64,000 nt of DNA from contig OY820905.2 in the NCBI GenBank assembly GCA_963555755.3, forward strand, positions 1,472,001 to 1,536,000, read 5' to 3'. Under the pieces are notes generated by a model. The model was given only the letters and a program-made list of their open reading frames with translations, was not told the DNA's origin and did no database searches. Below are positions 18,260 to 28,361 of this stretch, piece after piece. The position numbers were made by a program, and so were the translations under genes. The DNA comes from Nitrospirales bacterium (GTDB lineage Bacteria; Nitrospirota; Nitrospiria; Nitrospirales; UBA8639). Numbering within the stretch: position 1 is the first letter of the stretch; each line of letters begins with the position of its first letter.

Positions 18260-19231
18260 GTGGCTTCCTTAGGCCTTGGACTCATCGGACTCGGTCGGCA
18301 CGGCCAGCGCTATGCCCGGCATCTACTGGAAGGCATTCCCCATTGCCAGCTGGTGGCTGTATGCCGACGAGATGCAGCCAAAGGCCAGACATTTTCGACA
18401 CAACATGGACTTCGATTCTACCGAGACTACCACCACCTTATTGCCGATCCACAGATTCAGGCCCTTCTCGTGGTCACCCCACCAACCGAAGCCATCCCCA
18501 TTGCCCTCGAAGCCATTCGCCAAAACAAGCCGCTTCTCATCGAAAAGCCCATGGGGTGTACAGCACTCGACGCGCACCACCTGCTCAAAGAGTCAATGCA
18601 AACCAAGACCCCCCTCATGGTAGCTCATACGCTTCGTTACGAGGACACCATCATACAGCTGAAAAACCACGGAGGGGAAATAGGAAAATGGTAGTACCTC
18701 GTCCTGACCAACCGATTAGAGTCACCCTCCGATCACAAATCACTATACTCATTACATCGCCAAGGCGCCCTTCTAGAAATCGGCATTCACCAGCTGGACA
18801 TGGTGCGTTTTCTCACCGGGCAAGAGGTCAGGCAGGTCAATTGCGAAATGGAGCGACCTCACCCACAGGACCCGGATGTCCGAGCTTGGGTGAGCCTTAA
18901 AACCGAATCCGGCCTACCTTGTCTTTTGGATATCTCTCGACTGAACAACACAAGACTCACTCGGGCAGAAATCATTGGAGAAACAGGACAACTCATTGCC
19001 GACTGGACCTCGCATTCCTTAATACTCCTCAAAGAAAATGGCTCCACGACTTCCATTCCACTCACAACAAAACCAGCGATTCCTCAAATCATCTCAGACT
19101 TTGTTCGCGCGATCCAATCCGGCGCTCCTATGCCCATCACCGGACTCGATGGCCTACGAGCACTCGAGATGGCAGATGCCTGTTACGAATCAGCCAAAAC
19201 CCGGAACGTTGTCATGCTCAAGAAACACTAA
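18260..19231 (+). pseudogene. Gfo/Idh/MocA oxidoreductase with one in-frame TAG (18692-18694)
   Basis: GLIGLGRHG, LIEKP, then in the same frame after the TAG: GALLEIGIHQLD ... ITGLDGLRALE. Confidence 0.8.
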
Positions 19232-19244
19232 ATCTGCCCAAAAA

Positions 19245-19402
19245 AGCCGAAAATCGAATATCGAAATCCGAAAAAATTTCAAATGACCAAATCATAAACA
19301 ACAAAAACGCCGGGAGACAGAATAAGTCGGAATGATTTGGTTGAGACATTCGAGTTTGGGATTTTGGATTTGTTTCGGATTTCGATATTCGAATTTCGGA
19401 TT
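19245..19402. repeat. Inverted heptamer-repeat hairpin (AAATCCG/AATCTCG type)
   Basis: GAATATCGAAATCCGAAA...TTTCGGATTTCGATATTCG; related copies at ~31421-31480 and ~33300-33440. Confidence 0.75.
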
Positions 19403-19439
19403 TATGCCACAGACCAAATCACAACTCCGTTCAATTTAT

Positions 19440-20927
19440 TTATTCTGTTCGGCTAGCCTCGCCCCCTGGCATGCTGCGACGCTGACGAGCAAAGATAGCA
19501 TGCAGGTCTTGATTTTGACTCACAAAGCGTTGGCGGGCTTCGAGAAAGATTTCTTCAATCAAGGCCCAATCCACCTGGCTTAGATGGTACGAATCAAAAG
19601 CCGTCTCAATACGTGGATTCTCCCACATCGATTGCTGCATGGAATACTCCACCATGGCTTCTAAGGATTCAGACGTCCAACCTTTCTCATAAAACGAATC
19701 GCGAACTGTTGCCCCCTGCATCCCCCACCGCGCAACTAGGGCTGAAGAAAAATATTCGTAAACCGCTGGTTCCTGGCTCTTCATAAAAACCGATTGAAAT
19801 TGAATGAGGGATCGAATCAATTGATTGGCACGCGGGTCGGCCTCGGGCGGCAAAACCCCTGCTTCATCAAACGTTCCAAGAATAGCCATCACGGCACCCA
19901 CATACCGCGCAGGTGCCCGAGAAGTTTTCACAGGCTTGGCTGAAACCGGAGGGACATAAATCTCATTGAGATTGCTGAAAGACCCCCCCGGTGTAGGACC
20001 ACCACTGATCACATAGACATATCCGTCGATTACAGCCGCCCCAAGCCCATGACGTGCGGTCGGCATTGGAGCCATGACTTCCCAACGATTCAATCGAGGG
20101 GAGTACCGTTCATTTGCGTCAAAGGTCCCTTCACCGGATTCCCCTCCAAAAACATAAATCCACTCATGAATCACACCTGCCGTTATCCCGCTTCGCGCAG
20201 TGGGCATACCGGGGCGTGACTTCCATTGGTTCACAACCGGATCATACACCTCCACCGTTCCCAAATTATGGTGATAATCCAGTTTGACCCGGCCACCAAT
20301 GGCGTAAATCCGATCTTCAACTGTCACCGCTGTTAAATGATCTCGAGGAGTAGGAAGGGAGGCAACCGAGGCCCAGGCATCCATCTGTGGATCGTACACT
20401 TCCACTGCATCAGGATTGAGTGTTCCATCATAGCCACTCATCGCATACAGTTTTCCCTGGAGCACTGCCACGGCTAACCCACCACGTGCAGTAGACAATG
20501 ATGCTCTCTCTTCCCATTGACTGGTTTTGGGAGAGTATCGGAACACGCGTTTGGATGGATTCCAAATAGACATTCCGGACTTGATAAAACCTCCGACAAT
20601 ATATACATGTCCCTCTAAGGCAGCAGCTCCCGCATGATGCAGCCCAATAGGCAATGAGGCTTTGGGCGTCCATCGGTTTGTCGCAGGGTTATACGCTTCG
20701 ACGGTTTGACTCACAGCAAACCGAAAAAGATTCCACACATTTGGTTTCTCAAACCCACCTGCAACATAGATCAGACCATCCAACGCCGCCACGGTCACTT
20801 CCGTTCGTTCAGTTGGAGCAGGAGTTCCCGTCACCCAGTGGCCCTGTTCGGAGGCCGCCATGAGTTGTCCAACGGGACACGTAAAAAACAGGACAATGCC
20901 AATCACCCAAAAACACACGGTTCTCAT
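19440..20927 (-). CDS. Exported Kelch-repeat beta-propeller protein with an extra C-terminal helical domain
   Basis: Signal-like N-terminus; six GG..Y.P...W Kelch repeats; ~160-aa unrelated C-terminus. Confidence 0.85.
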   Translation of the reverse strand: MRTVCFWVIGIVLFFTCPVGQLMAASEQGHWVTGTPAPTERTEVTVAALDGLIYVAGGFEKPNVWNLFRFAVSQTVEAYNPATNRWTPKASLPIGLHHAGAAALEGHVYIVGGFIKSGMSIWNPSKRVFRYSPKTSQWEERASLSTARGGLAVAVLQGKLYAMSGYDGTLNPDAVEVYDPQMDAWASVASLPTPRDHLTAVTVEDRIYAIGGRVKLDYHHNLGTVEVYDPVVNQWKSRPGMPTARSGITAGVIHEWIYVFGGESGEGTFDANERYSPRLNRWEVMAPMPTARHGLGAAVIDGYVYVISGGPTPGGSFSNLNEIYVPPVSAKPVKTSRAPARYVGAVMAILGTFDEAGVLPPEADPRANQLIRSLIQFQSVFMKSQEPAVYEYFSSALVARWGMQGATVRDSFYEKGWTSESLEAMVEYSMQQSMWENPRIETAFDSYHLSQVDWALIEEIFLEARQRFVSQNQDLHAIFARQRRSMPGGEASRTE

Positions 20928-21193
20928 GAACTTCCCACCAGCGTAAGTATTTCTATTCCGTGTAGCTGTGCCCTCTCACCTGCCTGCACGCTTGCGCGCC
21001 AAGGCCGACTTCAGCGGCGAGCACGAAAGCAGGCGAGATGCTGCAACTACGCAAGAGAAACAAGGGTCCAGAAACCTACCTTCCATTTGAATACTGATAT
21101 CAAGAAAAATTCTCGGCTTCCTTGAAAACCAGAAAAACACCTGCTTATAATCCATTTGCCCCTCATGCAAATGTCCCTACCATTGAGGCAAAT

Positions 21194-22720
21194 GTGCTTG
21201 CAAAAGTTTTGAGTGCTGGTCTGCTCGGTCTTGATGCCCACCTGATTGAAGTCGAAGTCGACATAGGAGGAGGGCTTCCTCAATTCTCCATCGTCGGACT
21301 TCCGGATGCAACTGTTCGAGAAAGCCGTGACCGTGTCCGCGCGGCACTCAAGAACACGGGATTTGTCTTTCCACCAAAAAAGATCACCGTAAATTTGGCC
21401 CCCGCAGGCATCAAAAAAGAAGGGTCCGGTCTGGAGCTCGCCATTGCCATTGGAATTTTAGTGGCCGAAGGAATCCTCTCTCAGGAATCGGCCGAAAACT
21501 TTGTGCTGGTTGGCGAACTATCTTTAGACGGTCGCGTGAAACCCATCATGGGATCGCTTTCCATCGGCATGCTGTGTCAAGGCAAACATCCACTGATTAT
21601 TCCCGCAGAAAATGCCCCGGAAGCCGCGGTTCTTGAGCAGGCCGAAGTCTATGGGGTGCATACGCTCCCCGAAGTCCTTGCCATCTTGAGTGGAGAACAA
21701 TCGGTCTCCCCGGTTACGGTAGATCGTGAAGCCCTCTTTCAAGCACCCGCCACCATCGAAGAGGACTTCTCGGAAGTACGTGGGCAAACTCAAGCCAAAC
21801 GCGCACTCGAAATCGCCGCGGCCGGCGGCCACAATGTATTGCTCATCGGCCCGCCAGGTTCCGGGAAAACCATGCTCGCACAACGACTCCCGAGCATCCT
21901 GCCCACCCTCAATCAGCACGAGGCCATCGAAACCACAAGAGTACATAGCGTGGCCGGCACACTTCCGGACGGACGATCGTTGATCACCACACGACCATTT
22001 CGCGCCCCGCACCATAACATCTCCGAAGCGGGTCTCATTGGTGGAGGCACCATTCCCAAACCAGGAGAAGTATCACTCGCCCATCATGGCGTCCTCTTTC
22101 TCGATGAAGTGCTGGAGTTTAGGCGGCAAGTCCTCGATAGCCTTCGCCAGCCTCTCGAAGAAGGCGCCATCACCATAACACGAGTCAATGCCACACTCCG
22201 CTATCCGGCGCAACTGATGCTGGTCACCGCCATGAATCCATGCCCTTGCGGGTACTACGGCGATCGCACCCGTGAATGCCATTGCTCGTCCCAACAAATC
22301 CAACGATATCGAGGACGTCTCTCCGGCCCACTCCTCGATCGACTGGATATCCACCTCGAAATCCCGGCTGTGGTGGTATCAGAACTGAGCAAGGATACTC
22401 CAGCCGAATCCTCCATCGTTATTCGCGAGCGAGTCTCGGCGGCACGGTCCACACAAGCTCGGCGATTACACGCTGACGGGCTCTTCACCAATGCGCAACT
22501 CAAACCTCGACACCTCAAAAAATACTGTCTCATTGACGAACAAGGGAAAAAACTGCTCGAACAGGCCGTGGATCGGCTTGGCCTTTCAGCAAGAGCCTAC
22601 GGTCGCATTCTTCGCGTTGCACGAACCATTGCCGATTTGGCAGACTCAGAACACTTGGAGCCACCTCACCTCGCTGAGGCTATTCAATACCGGAGCCTGG
22701 ATCGTGCTCTTCCGCTATAG
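21194..22720 (+). CDS. comM: YifB/ComM Mg-chelatase-like AAA ATPase
   Basis: VGLPD.TVRESRDRV, ITVNLAPA, GPPGSGKT, PFRAPHH, GVLFLDE, AMNPCPCG; start taken at GTG (VLAKV). Confidence 0.92.
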   Translation: MLAKVLSAGLLGLDAHLIEVEVDIGGGLPQFSIVGLPDATVRESRDRVRAALKNTGFVFPPKKITVNLAPAGIKKEGSGLELAIAIGILVAEGILSQESAENFVLVGELSLDGRVKPIMGSLSIGMLCQGKHPLIIPAENAPEAAVLEQAEVYGVHTLPEVLAILSGEQSVSPVTVDREALFQAPATIEEDFSEVRGQTQAKRALEIAAAGGHNVLLIGPPGSGKTMLAQRLPSILPTLNQHEAIETTRVHSVAGTLPDGRSLITTRPFRAPHHNISEAGLIGGGTIPKPGEVSLAHHGVLFLDEVLEFRRQVLDSLRQPLEEGAITITRVNATLRYPAQLMLVTAMNPCPCGYYGDRTRECHCSSQQIQRYRGRLSGPLLDRLDIHLEIPAVVVSELSKDTPAESSIVIRERVSAARSTQARRLHADGLFTNAQLKPRHLKKYCLIDEQGKKLLEQAVDRLGLSARAYGRILRVARTIADLADSEHLEPPHLAEAIQYRSLDRALPL

Positions 22721-22844
22721 ACTTGGGGCAAAGCAGAATCGGCGACATCCGCACTGGTTACCCTAGAAACGGCAGTAGGGCGCAAAAAAGACGTGTAAGA
22801 TATTTGGTGTGCATGGTGAAATACAAAAATTCGTGATCACCTTA

Positions 22845-23106
22845 GGGTTCGTCACGAAATAACCGGGACAATTGGGAGGCCCAGATTTGTGATCGGGGCA
22901 AGGCGCGAGAGGGAGCCTAGCGGGGCTATGTGACCGAGAAGCAACGCCGCCCCGGGCCAAAGATGGGCCTCCCCGGAGGGCCGGACGCTTTTGGGCTCCG
23001 CCGGCGTCGCTCTTCGCTTCCATACTCCCGGTATGCGCGCTCTTCGCTCCTTGGCTCGCTCCAAAATCGTCTCGGCCAATTGTCCCGGTTATTTCGTGAC
23101 GGACCC
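22845..23106. mobile_element. MITE family E (262 bp)
   Basis: TIR GGGTTCGTCACGAAATAACCGGGACAATTGG / CCAATTGTCCCGGTTATTTCGTGACGGACCC; TTA on both sides. Confidence 0.8.
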
Positions 23107-23109
23107 TTA

Positions 23110-23289
23110 GGACCTGCGAGAAAATAACTTGATCAATATCGCGCCAAGATTTGGGTCGGATTTGGACGAAACGATTGAGAAACACTCGAGGCATAGCACA
23201 GCTATGGTGAGGGTGTTTCGATTGAGGCCCGTTCAAAGATGGCCCGAAGATTGGATGCGAGATTGATCAAGTTATTTTCTCGCAGGTCC
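23110..23289. mobile_element. MITE family D (~180 bp)
   Basis: TIR GGACCTGCGAGAAAATAACTTG; near-identical copy at 60247-60424; partial tandem copy at 23338-23391. Confidence 0.85.
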
Positions 23290-23290
23290 T

Positions 23291-23336
23291 AAGAGCTTGC
23301 GCGGACTTTTGTGATCCAACTGCTGTTTCTAGGTTC
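23291..23336 (+). repeat. 46-bp direct repeat, copy 1
   Basis: AAGAGCTTGCGCGGACTTTTGTGATCCAACTGCTGTTTCTAGGTTC, identical at 24188-24233; partial copy at 23393-23422. Confidence 0.9.
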
Positions 23337-23456
23337 CAAGATGGCCCGAAGATTGGATGCGAGATTGATCAAGTTATTTTCTCGCAGGTCCTAAGAGCTT
23401 ACGCGGACTTTTGTGATCCAACAAAGACGACTGCTACCGATTAACGGCTCTAAATC

Positions 23457-23675
23457 ATGAATTCACTGAAAATCTTCACCTGGTGGTTTCTGGTCGGGGT
23501 GCTCATGGCCACCGCAATTATTCTGCTCCAAGGCGGCATTCGAGACATCATGCTGGCGGGAGAACCTCTGTGGGAAGTGAAACTCATGGAATTACTTACC
23601 CCCATTTTTGGAGGTGGGCTCTTGGGGGGATGCATAGCCCTTATCTTAGATCGCATTCGCAAACCTGATTCATAA
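23457..23675 (+). CDS. Small two-TM membrane protein
   Basis: 72 aa, two hydrophobic segments. Confidence 0.65.
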   Translation: MNSLKIFTWWFLVGVLMATAIILLQGGIRDIMLAGEPLWEVKLMELLTPIFGGGLLGGCIALILDRIRKPDS

Positions 23676-23693
23676 CAAGGGGTAAAGGGAAAG

Positions 23694-24119
23694 ATGGACA
23701 TTCAAATTGGTCAACATGTGTATCGCAATACAGACGGCACCATTGAAATCGAAGGAGCGCTACAAATTGAAATTACACTGCGCGGAGCCGGGACCCCGCC
23801 ACAATTGAATTTTGCCATTTTCAATGCCCTCGGAAAAATTCCTGGAAAGCTGATGAGCAGCAACTTTACCGTCAACGAAGGGAGCGTCTACTCTCTATCG
23901 AAGAGCCCGACGAGCATTGTCATTACCCACCCGGAGTCGGGCACGGAGGTACTGAATGTAGCAGTTGAATCCGAAAACAAGGTCGTGATCTCAAAGGGAA
24001 ATTTTCACACCCTCAAGGGGCACACCGTCACCATCACACCCGAGGATTGGACGATCGACAAGACAACTGTAACGAAAGGGGAAACAGATATGAAAGGAAA
24101 GGGTGTCAGCTTGGGATAA
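23694..24119 (+). CDS. Hypothetical beta-rich protein
   Basis: 141-aa ORF with purine-rich RBS directly after the previous gene. Confidence 0.7.
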   Translation: MDIQIGQHVYRNTDGTIEIEGALQIEITLRGAGTPPQLNFAIFNALGKIPGKLMSSNFTVNEGSVYSLSKSPTSIVITHPESGTEVLNVAVESENKVVISKGNFHTLKGHTVTITPEDWTIDKTTVTKGETDMKGKGVSLG

Positions 24120-24187
24120 ATTTCCGCCCCTTACGACGGTAGAGTGGTTGAAGGGAACCGACATTTTTCTCTTTTGCGAGGTGCGCC

Positions 24188-24233
24188 AAGAGCTTGCGCG
24201 GACTTTTGTGATCCAACTGCTGTTTCTAGGTTC
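24188..24233 (+). repeat. 46-bp direct repeat, copy 2
   Basis: Identical to 23291-23336. Confidence 0.9.
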
Positions 24234-24299
24234 ACCGTGAAAAACTCATAGCATTCAGTTACACTGGTTTGTCCTAAAAAATCTTCAATCAACAAACCA

Positions 24300-24421
24300 C
24301 AGGGTGTTCAAAAAGGGCCGTCCAGCAAGGCCGCAGGGACTTTGGCGAGCGGAGCGTACAAGCAGTACGTGAGCACGACAAAGGCCCGAGAACGCCGCTG
24401 GCGGACTTTTTGAACACCCTG
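24300..24421. mobile_element. MITE family A (~120 bp)
   Basis: TIR CAGGGTGTTCAAAAAG / CTTTTTGAACACCCTG; core GGAGCGTAC...GTACGTGAGCAC shared with copies at 28075, 32049 and 47143. Confidence 0.85.
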
Positions 24422-24422
24422 C

Positions 24423-24629
24423 CTAGATCTCCGCAACCGGGGCGCTTTGCGTCCCCTCGCAAATCGAACACATCTGACTGGGAATCGCCTCGCTGACTCG
24501 GGCCGGACCCAACGCACTCTTGAGATCTAACGCCACCACATCTGAAGCTTGATACGTCCACAGCCTCCCGCAATCAGGACAACAGAACCACATGGTATAG
24601 CCAGGCCAATTGCGATCTCGTGTTCCCAT
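24423..24629 (-). CDS. Small Cys-rich (CxxC...CxxC) hypothetical protein
   Basis: CPDC and CSIC pairs; AGGTG upstream; follows the co-oriented 24650 gene. Confidence 0.6.
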   Translation of the reverse strand: MGTRDRNWPGYTMWFCCPDCGRLWTYQASDVVALDLKSALGPARVSEAIPSQMCSICEGTQSAPVAEI

Positions 24630-24649
24630 AATCTCAACTTCACCTAGGG

Positions 24650-24883
24650 TTACGCATCGACCTCAAACACATTCCGAATCTTTGCCTCTAACGAACCCAA
24701 CCACTCTTCAAACGGCACGCCAGCATCCACAATAATTTCCAACTTACCGTTTTCCAATTTACGGACCACGCCTGGAGATTCAGCGCCTAAGGAAATTTCC
24801 ACCCATTCACGATTGATTTCCAAATCATCGATCAATTCCAATATTTGATTGATTTGTGGAAACGAAACGGCATCTGACATAGC
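24650..24883 (-). CDS. Small acidic hypothetical protein
   Basis: Protein-like composition from MSDAVSF; AGGA upstream. Confidence 0.65.
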   Translation of the reverse strand, partial: AMSDAVSFPQINQILELIDDLEINREWVEISLGAESPGVVRKLENGKLEIIVDAGVPFEEWLGSLEAKIRNVFEVDA

Positions 24884-25028
24884 GACAATCCTTGTGGTAA
24901 TCCTTGAAAGCAAAAGTGGATTTTAGGGAACCAAACCTGGTTGTGTCAATGACGGTAACAGAAACTCATCGTAGGATTTCGGCGAGCATGAGGGTGCAAT
25001 ATCTAACACACAATCAAGAGATAGCTTT

Positions 25029-26057
25029 TCATGCAGATAGGACCGAACTCAATATGTGCGCAGCTTTTTCCATATCCTGCTCATCGACATCCAAATGCGT
25101 CACCGCACGAAAGACCCGATCACCCATGGCATTCAACAGCACCCCAGCCTCCTTGAACGCCTGCAATAACTCTGGCGTCGATCGTTCACGTTGACCGACT
25201 TCAAAGACCACGATATTGGTTTCAACCCGATCAGGGTCCACCAATACCGTAGAAATTTGCTGCAACTGCAAAGCCAGATTTTTGGCATTGTCGTGATCCT
25301 CTTTGAGGCGGGGGATATGATGCTCCAAGGCATACAGCCCTCCTGCAGCAAGAATACCCGCTTGCCGCATTCCTCCTCCAAATATTTTCCGCAAACGACG
25401 AAGCTGGTTGATATTGTCCTGTGTGGAAATGATCAACGACCCCACAGGCGCACCCAGACCCTTCGATAAACAAAACGACACCGTATCAAAATGCCGGGCA
25501 TACTCGGCCGCAGAAATCCCAGACGCCACGACCGCATTGAACAGCCGGGCACCATCTAAATGACACGCCAACCCCTGTTCTCTGGCCCAAGAGGTGAGAG
25601 TCTCAATCCTCTCGAGAGGATAGACGGACCCACCGCCGGCATTATGGGTTTGCTCAAGGCACAGGAGCGTCGTCGGAGGATTGTGCACATCCTTTGGACG
25701 CAAGGCGGCCTGGACCGGTTTCAGCGCAAGAAGGCCTCGCTCGCCAAGCACGCAACTCAACTGCACCTGAGATAACGCCGACGCCGACCCGCCCTCGTAC
25801 CGAATAATATGAGAGGAACTTTCGACGATGATTTCATCGCCCGCCCGTGTATGAAGCCGAATCGACAGTTGATTGGCCATCACGCCCGTTGGGACAAACA
25901 ATGCAGCTTCCTTGCCAAGCACCTGTGCAGCCATCGCTTCCAATCGATTGACGGTGGGGTCCTCGCCGTACACATCATCCCCAACCTGCGCCTGCGCCAT
26001 GGCTTCACGCATGGCGGGTGATGGCTGAGTCACCGTATCGCTGCGAAGATCAATCAT
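25029..26057 (-). CDS. ltaE: Low-specificity L-threonine aldolase
   Basis: [55 protein letters not shown]. Confidence 0.95.
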   Translation of the reverse strand: MIDLRSDTVTQPSPAMREAMAQAQVGDDVYGEDPTVNRLEAMAAQVLGKEAALFVPTGVMANQLSIRLHTRAGDEIIVESSSHIIRYEGGSASALSQVQLSCVLGERGLLALKPVQAALRPKDVHNPPTTLLCLEQTHNAGGGSVYPLERIETLTSWAREQGLACHLDGARLFNAVVASGISAAEYARHFDTVSFCLSKGLGAPVGSLIISTQDNINQLRRLRKIFGGGMRQAGILAAGGLYALEHHIPRLKEDHDNAKNLALQLQQISTVLVDPDRVETNIVVFEVGQRERSTPELLQAFKEAGVLLNAMGDRVFRAVTHLDVDEQDMEKAAHILSSVLSA

Positions 26058-26100
26058 GTTTCGTTCCTTTAGGTTGGGAGTCGTGAACCATATTTCTTAA

Positions 26101-26241
26101 GGGCACCTCTAAAAACCGTCCTTTTCCGTGATGGCGGCGTCAGCCGCGTGCTCACATCCTCATGTATTCGCCCATACACTCCGGTTTTCCGCGCGCGGCT
26201 TCCTTGCCCTCACAAAAAATGCCTGGTTTGTAGAGGTGCCC
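26101..26241. mobile_element. MITE family C (141 bp)
   Basis: TIR GGGCACCTCTA / TAGAGGTGCCC with TTAA on both sides; second copy at 34985-35126. Confidence 0.85.
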
Positions 26242-26251
26242 TTAAATATTC

Positions 26252-26447
26252 GTAACAACTCAGGTGGATAGACTGAAGGTGGAAGGCTTTAAGCCGAAAC
26301 CGAGAAGGTCTAATATGGCTTGCTCCAAGCGTTACGTGATGAGTGATAGCCTGTAGCCTGTAGTCTTCAGTCTTCACCCTTCAGCCTGTAGCCTGTAGTC
26401 TTCACCCTTCAGCCTTCACCCTTCAGCCTAAACACCTGAGTAGTTAC
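26252..26447. mobile_element. MITE with IS66-type ends filled with heptamer repeats
   Basis: GTAACAACTCAGGT...ACCTGAGTAGTTAC; right end identical to the IS66 end at 9534-9547; interior CTTCAGC/CTGTAGC heptamers. Confidence 0.75.
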
Positions 26448-26523
26448 GAATATTTTACGGCAACCCAAAGTAGCAGGACAACACTCGCGGCACACGTTAC
26501 AATAGCGATTCAACGAAGGAAAA

Positions 26524-27399
26524 ATGACCATGCCACCTCACACCCTACTCATTACTGGCGGCTCCGGCTACTTGGGATCGCAGATTGTTCAAATGGCTCA
26601 ACATTGGGCCACCCACGCGATCTATCTTCATCACACGCCAGCACCTTCACAGCATACCACGTTTCACCAGTGCGACTTGCGGAATAGAAAGCAAGTCGAA
26701 CAATTGCTTATGGACGTTCGCCCATCCGTCATCATCCACACGGCCTGTTCCAATCAAAACCAAGACAACCTAGACTCAATCCTCCCTGCCGCCCGCAACC
26801 TGACCGAGGCAGCCGTCAAGATCGATGCGCGACTCATTCATGTGTCCACCGACCTCGTCTTCGATGGAAAACAGGGCCCATATTCCGAAGCGGCAACACC
26901 TTCCTCCTTGTCGGAGTATGGACAGGCCAAAACACAGTCTGAAAAAATCGTGATGACCCACAACACAAAGGCCCTCGTGGTGCGCCCATCACTCATTTAT
27001 GGCATCAACCCCATCGACCACCAAACATGCTGGCTCATCAAGGGAATTGAGGAAAACCAACCGATCAGATTATTTACTGATGAATATCGCTCCCCCATTT
27101 GGGTGAACACATTAAGCCTCGCACTCCTAGAATTGGCCGAAAGCACGGTGACCGGGATTGTGCATCTCGCCGGCCAGCAGGCATTAAATCGATGGGAGTT
27201 CGGCCAAGCCATCCTGAAAATGCTGAAACGAAACACCCCACCAAATGTCGTACCGTCAACGATCAAAGAATCAGGAATGATTCGGCCACAGAATCTGACT
27301 CTCGATATCACCAAGGCGCAACAGCTCTTGAAGACACCATTGCTTTCGGTGGCTGAAGTCAGCGAACAGCTTTGTTCGCCAAAGTCATTCCTTGCTTAG
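26524..27399 (+). CDS. RmlD-like SDR oxidoreductase (dTDP-4-dehydrorhamnose reductase family)
   Basis: ITGGSGYLG, HVSTDLVFDG, YGQAK, FTDEYRSP. Confidence 0.88.
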   Translation: MTMPPHTLLITGGSGYLGSQIVQMAQHWATHAIYLHHTPAPSQHTTFHQCDLRNRKQVEQLLMDVRPSVIIHTACSNQNQDNLDSILPAARNLTEAAVKIDARLIHVSTDLVFDGKQGPYSEAATPSSLSEYGQAKTQSEKIVMTHNTKALVVRPSLIYGINPIDHQTCWLIKGIEENQPIRLFTDEYRSPIWVNTLSLALLELAESTVTGIVHLAGQQALNRWEFGQAILKMLKRNTPPNVVPSTIKESGMIRPQNLTLDITKAQQLLKTPLLSVAEVSEQLCSPKSFLA

Positions 27400-28018
27400 C
27401 CAACACCAATTGAATCGCCTCGGATGACACCAGTCCTGCCCGCAAAATACGAGGGGGCCCAACGAGGCTGAGAATAGTAGACGGCAATCTTCCTGGTGAG
27501 GATCCACTATCAAGAATCAAGTCAATTTCTTCCCCAAACTCCTCCAAAACCTCTTTCCCAGTACAAAGAGGGGAAGAGTTCGCACGATTGGCGCTCGTCC
27601 CTGTCAGGGGCCCTGTCGCACGCAAAATTGAGAGTAACCGCTGGCCCCCAGGACACCGAACGCCGATTGTTCCGCTTTCATCTGTAAGAGGCGCAGGAAG
27701 ACCGGATCGGGCAGGAACAATACAAGTCAACGGACCAGGCCAAAAATGATCCAAGAGAGGAACGGCCCACGAAGGGATCGACCTCACCAAAGGGTCGAGT
27801 TGACTTCGCTCGCCGATCAACACCAGCAGAGGTTTGTCGGAAGGTCGGCCTTTGAGATCGGCTACCCGGTTAACCGCAGTTGGAGACAAGACCGAAGCGG
27901 CCAGCGCGTAAAAACTTTCCGTGGCAACCGATAAGACTCCGTTCTGCGACACGCATTGACGCACCTCCTCAAAAAACTCAGAAGAGGGATTGATCGGAAC
28001 ATTGAGGATTTTGGCCAC
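27359..28018 (-). CDS. tsaC: L-threonylcarbamoyladenylate synthase (Sua5/YrdC)
   Basis: TESFYAL, KGRPSDKPL, FWPGPLT, TIGVR, TGTSAN, PSTI. Confidence 0.9.
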   Translation of the reverse strand: MAKILNVPINPSSEFFEEVRQCVSQNGVLSVATESFYALAASVLSPTAVNRVADLKGRPSDKPLLVLIGERSQLDPLVRSIPSWAVPLLDHFWPGPLTCIVPARSGLPAPLTDESGTIGVRCPGGQRLLSILRATGPLTGTSANRANSSPLCTGKEVLEEFGEEIDLILDSGSSPGRLPSTILSLVGPPRILRAGLVSSEAIQLVLAKQGMTLANKAVR

Positions 28019-28074
28019 AAGATCCTTGGCCGGATAAAAAAGGGTTAAGGGACCATTGAAGATTTCAAAATTCC

Positions 28075-28361
28075 CAGGGGGTGGTCAAAAAGGTCATCCA
28101 GCAAAGCCGCAGGCCCTTTGGCGCGCGGAGCGTACACTAGGAGCCTGTCCGAGATTAGCGATCGTCACAAGGGGGTGCTGGTTTGAGTCAGATATTTCGA
28201 TCGTTTGAGGCGAATAGTGGTGCTATCCAACGAAAAGGATCGGAAGATCTGACCAAATCCAGCGCCCCCGCAGTAGATCCGTCTAATCTTGGACAGGCTC
28301 CTAGTACGTGAGCACGACAAAGGGCCGAGAACGCCGCTGGTGGCCTTTTTCAACACCTCCT
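28075..28361. mobile_element. MITE family A copy with a nested family B MITE
   Basis: Family A halves flank the 28141-28300 insert; right end abuts the purD stop. Confidence 0.85.
28141..28300. mobile_element. MITE family B (160 bp)
   Basis: TIR GAGCCTGTCC / GGACAGGCTC with CTAG on both sides; second copy at 34840-35144. Confidence 0.85.

Noticed and set aside
22763..23236. ORFs over MITE/REP regions (also at 24289, 28165, 32002-33497, 34882, 41323-42064, 50153, 53043)
   Set aside because: They are translations of palindromic repeats with no RBS or family motifs.
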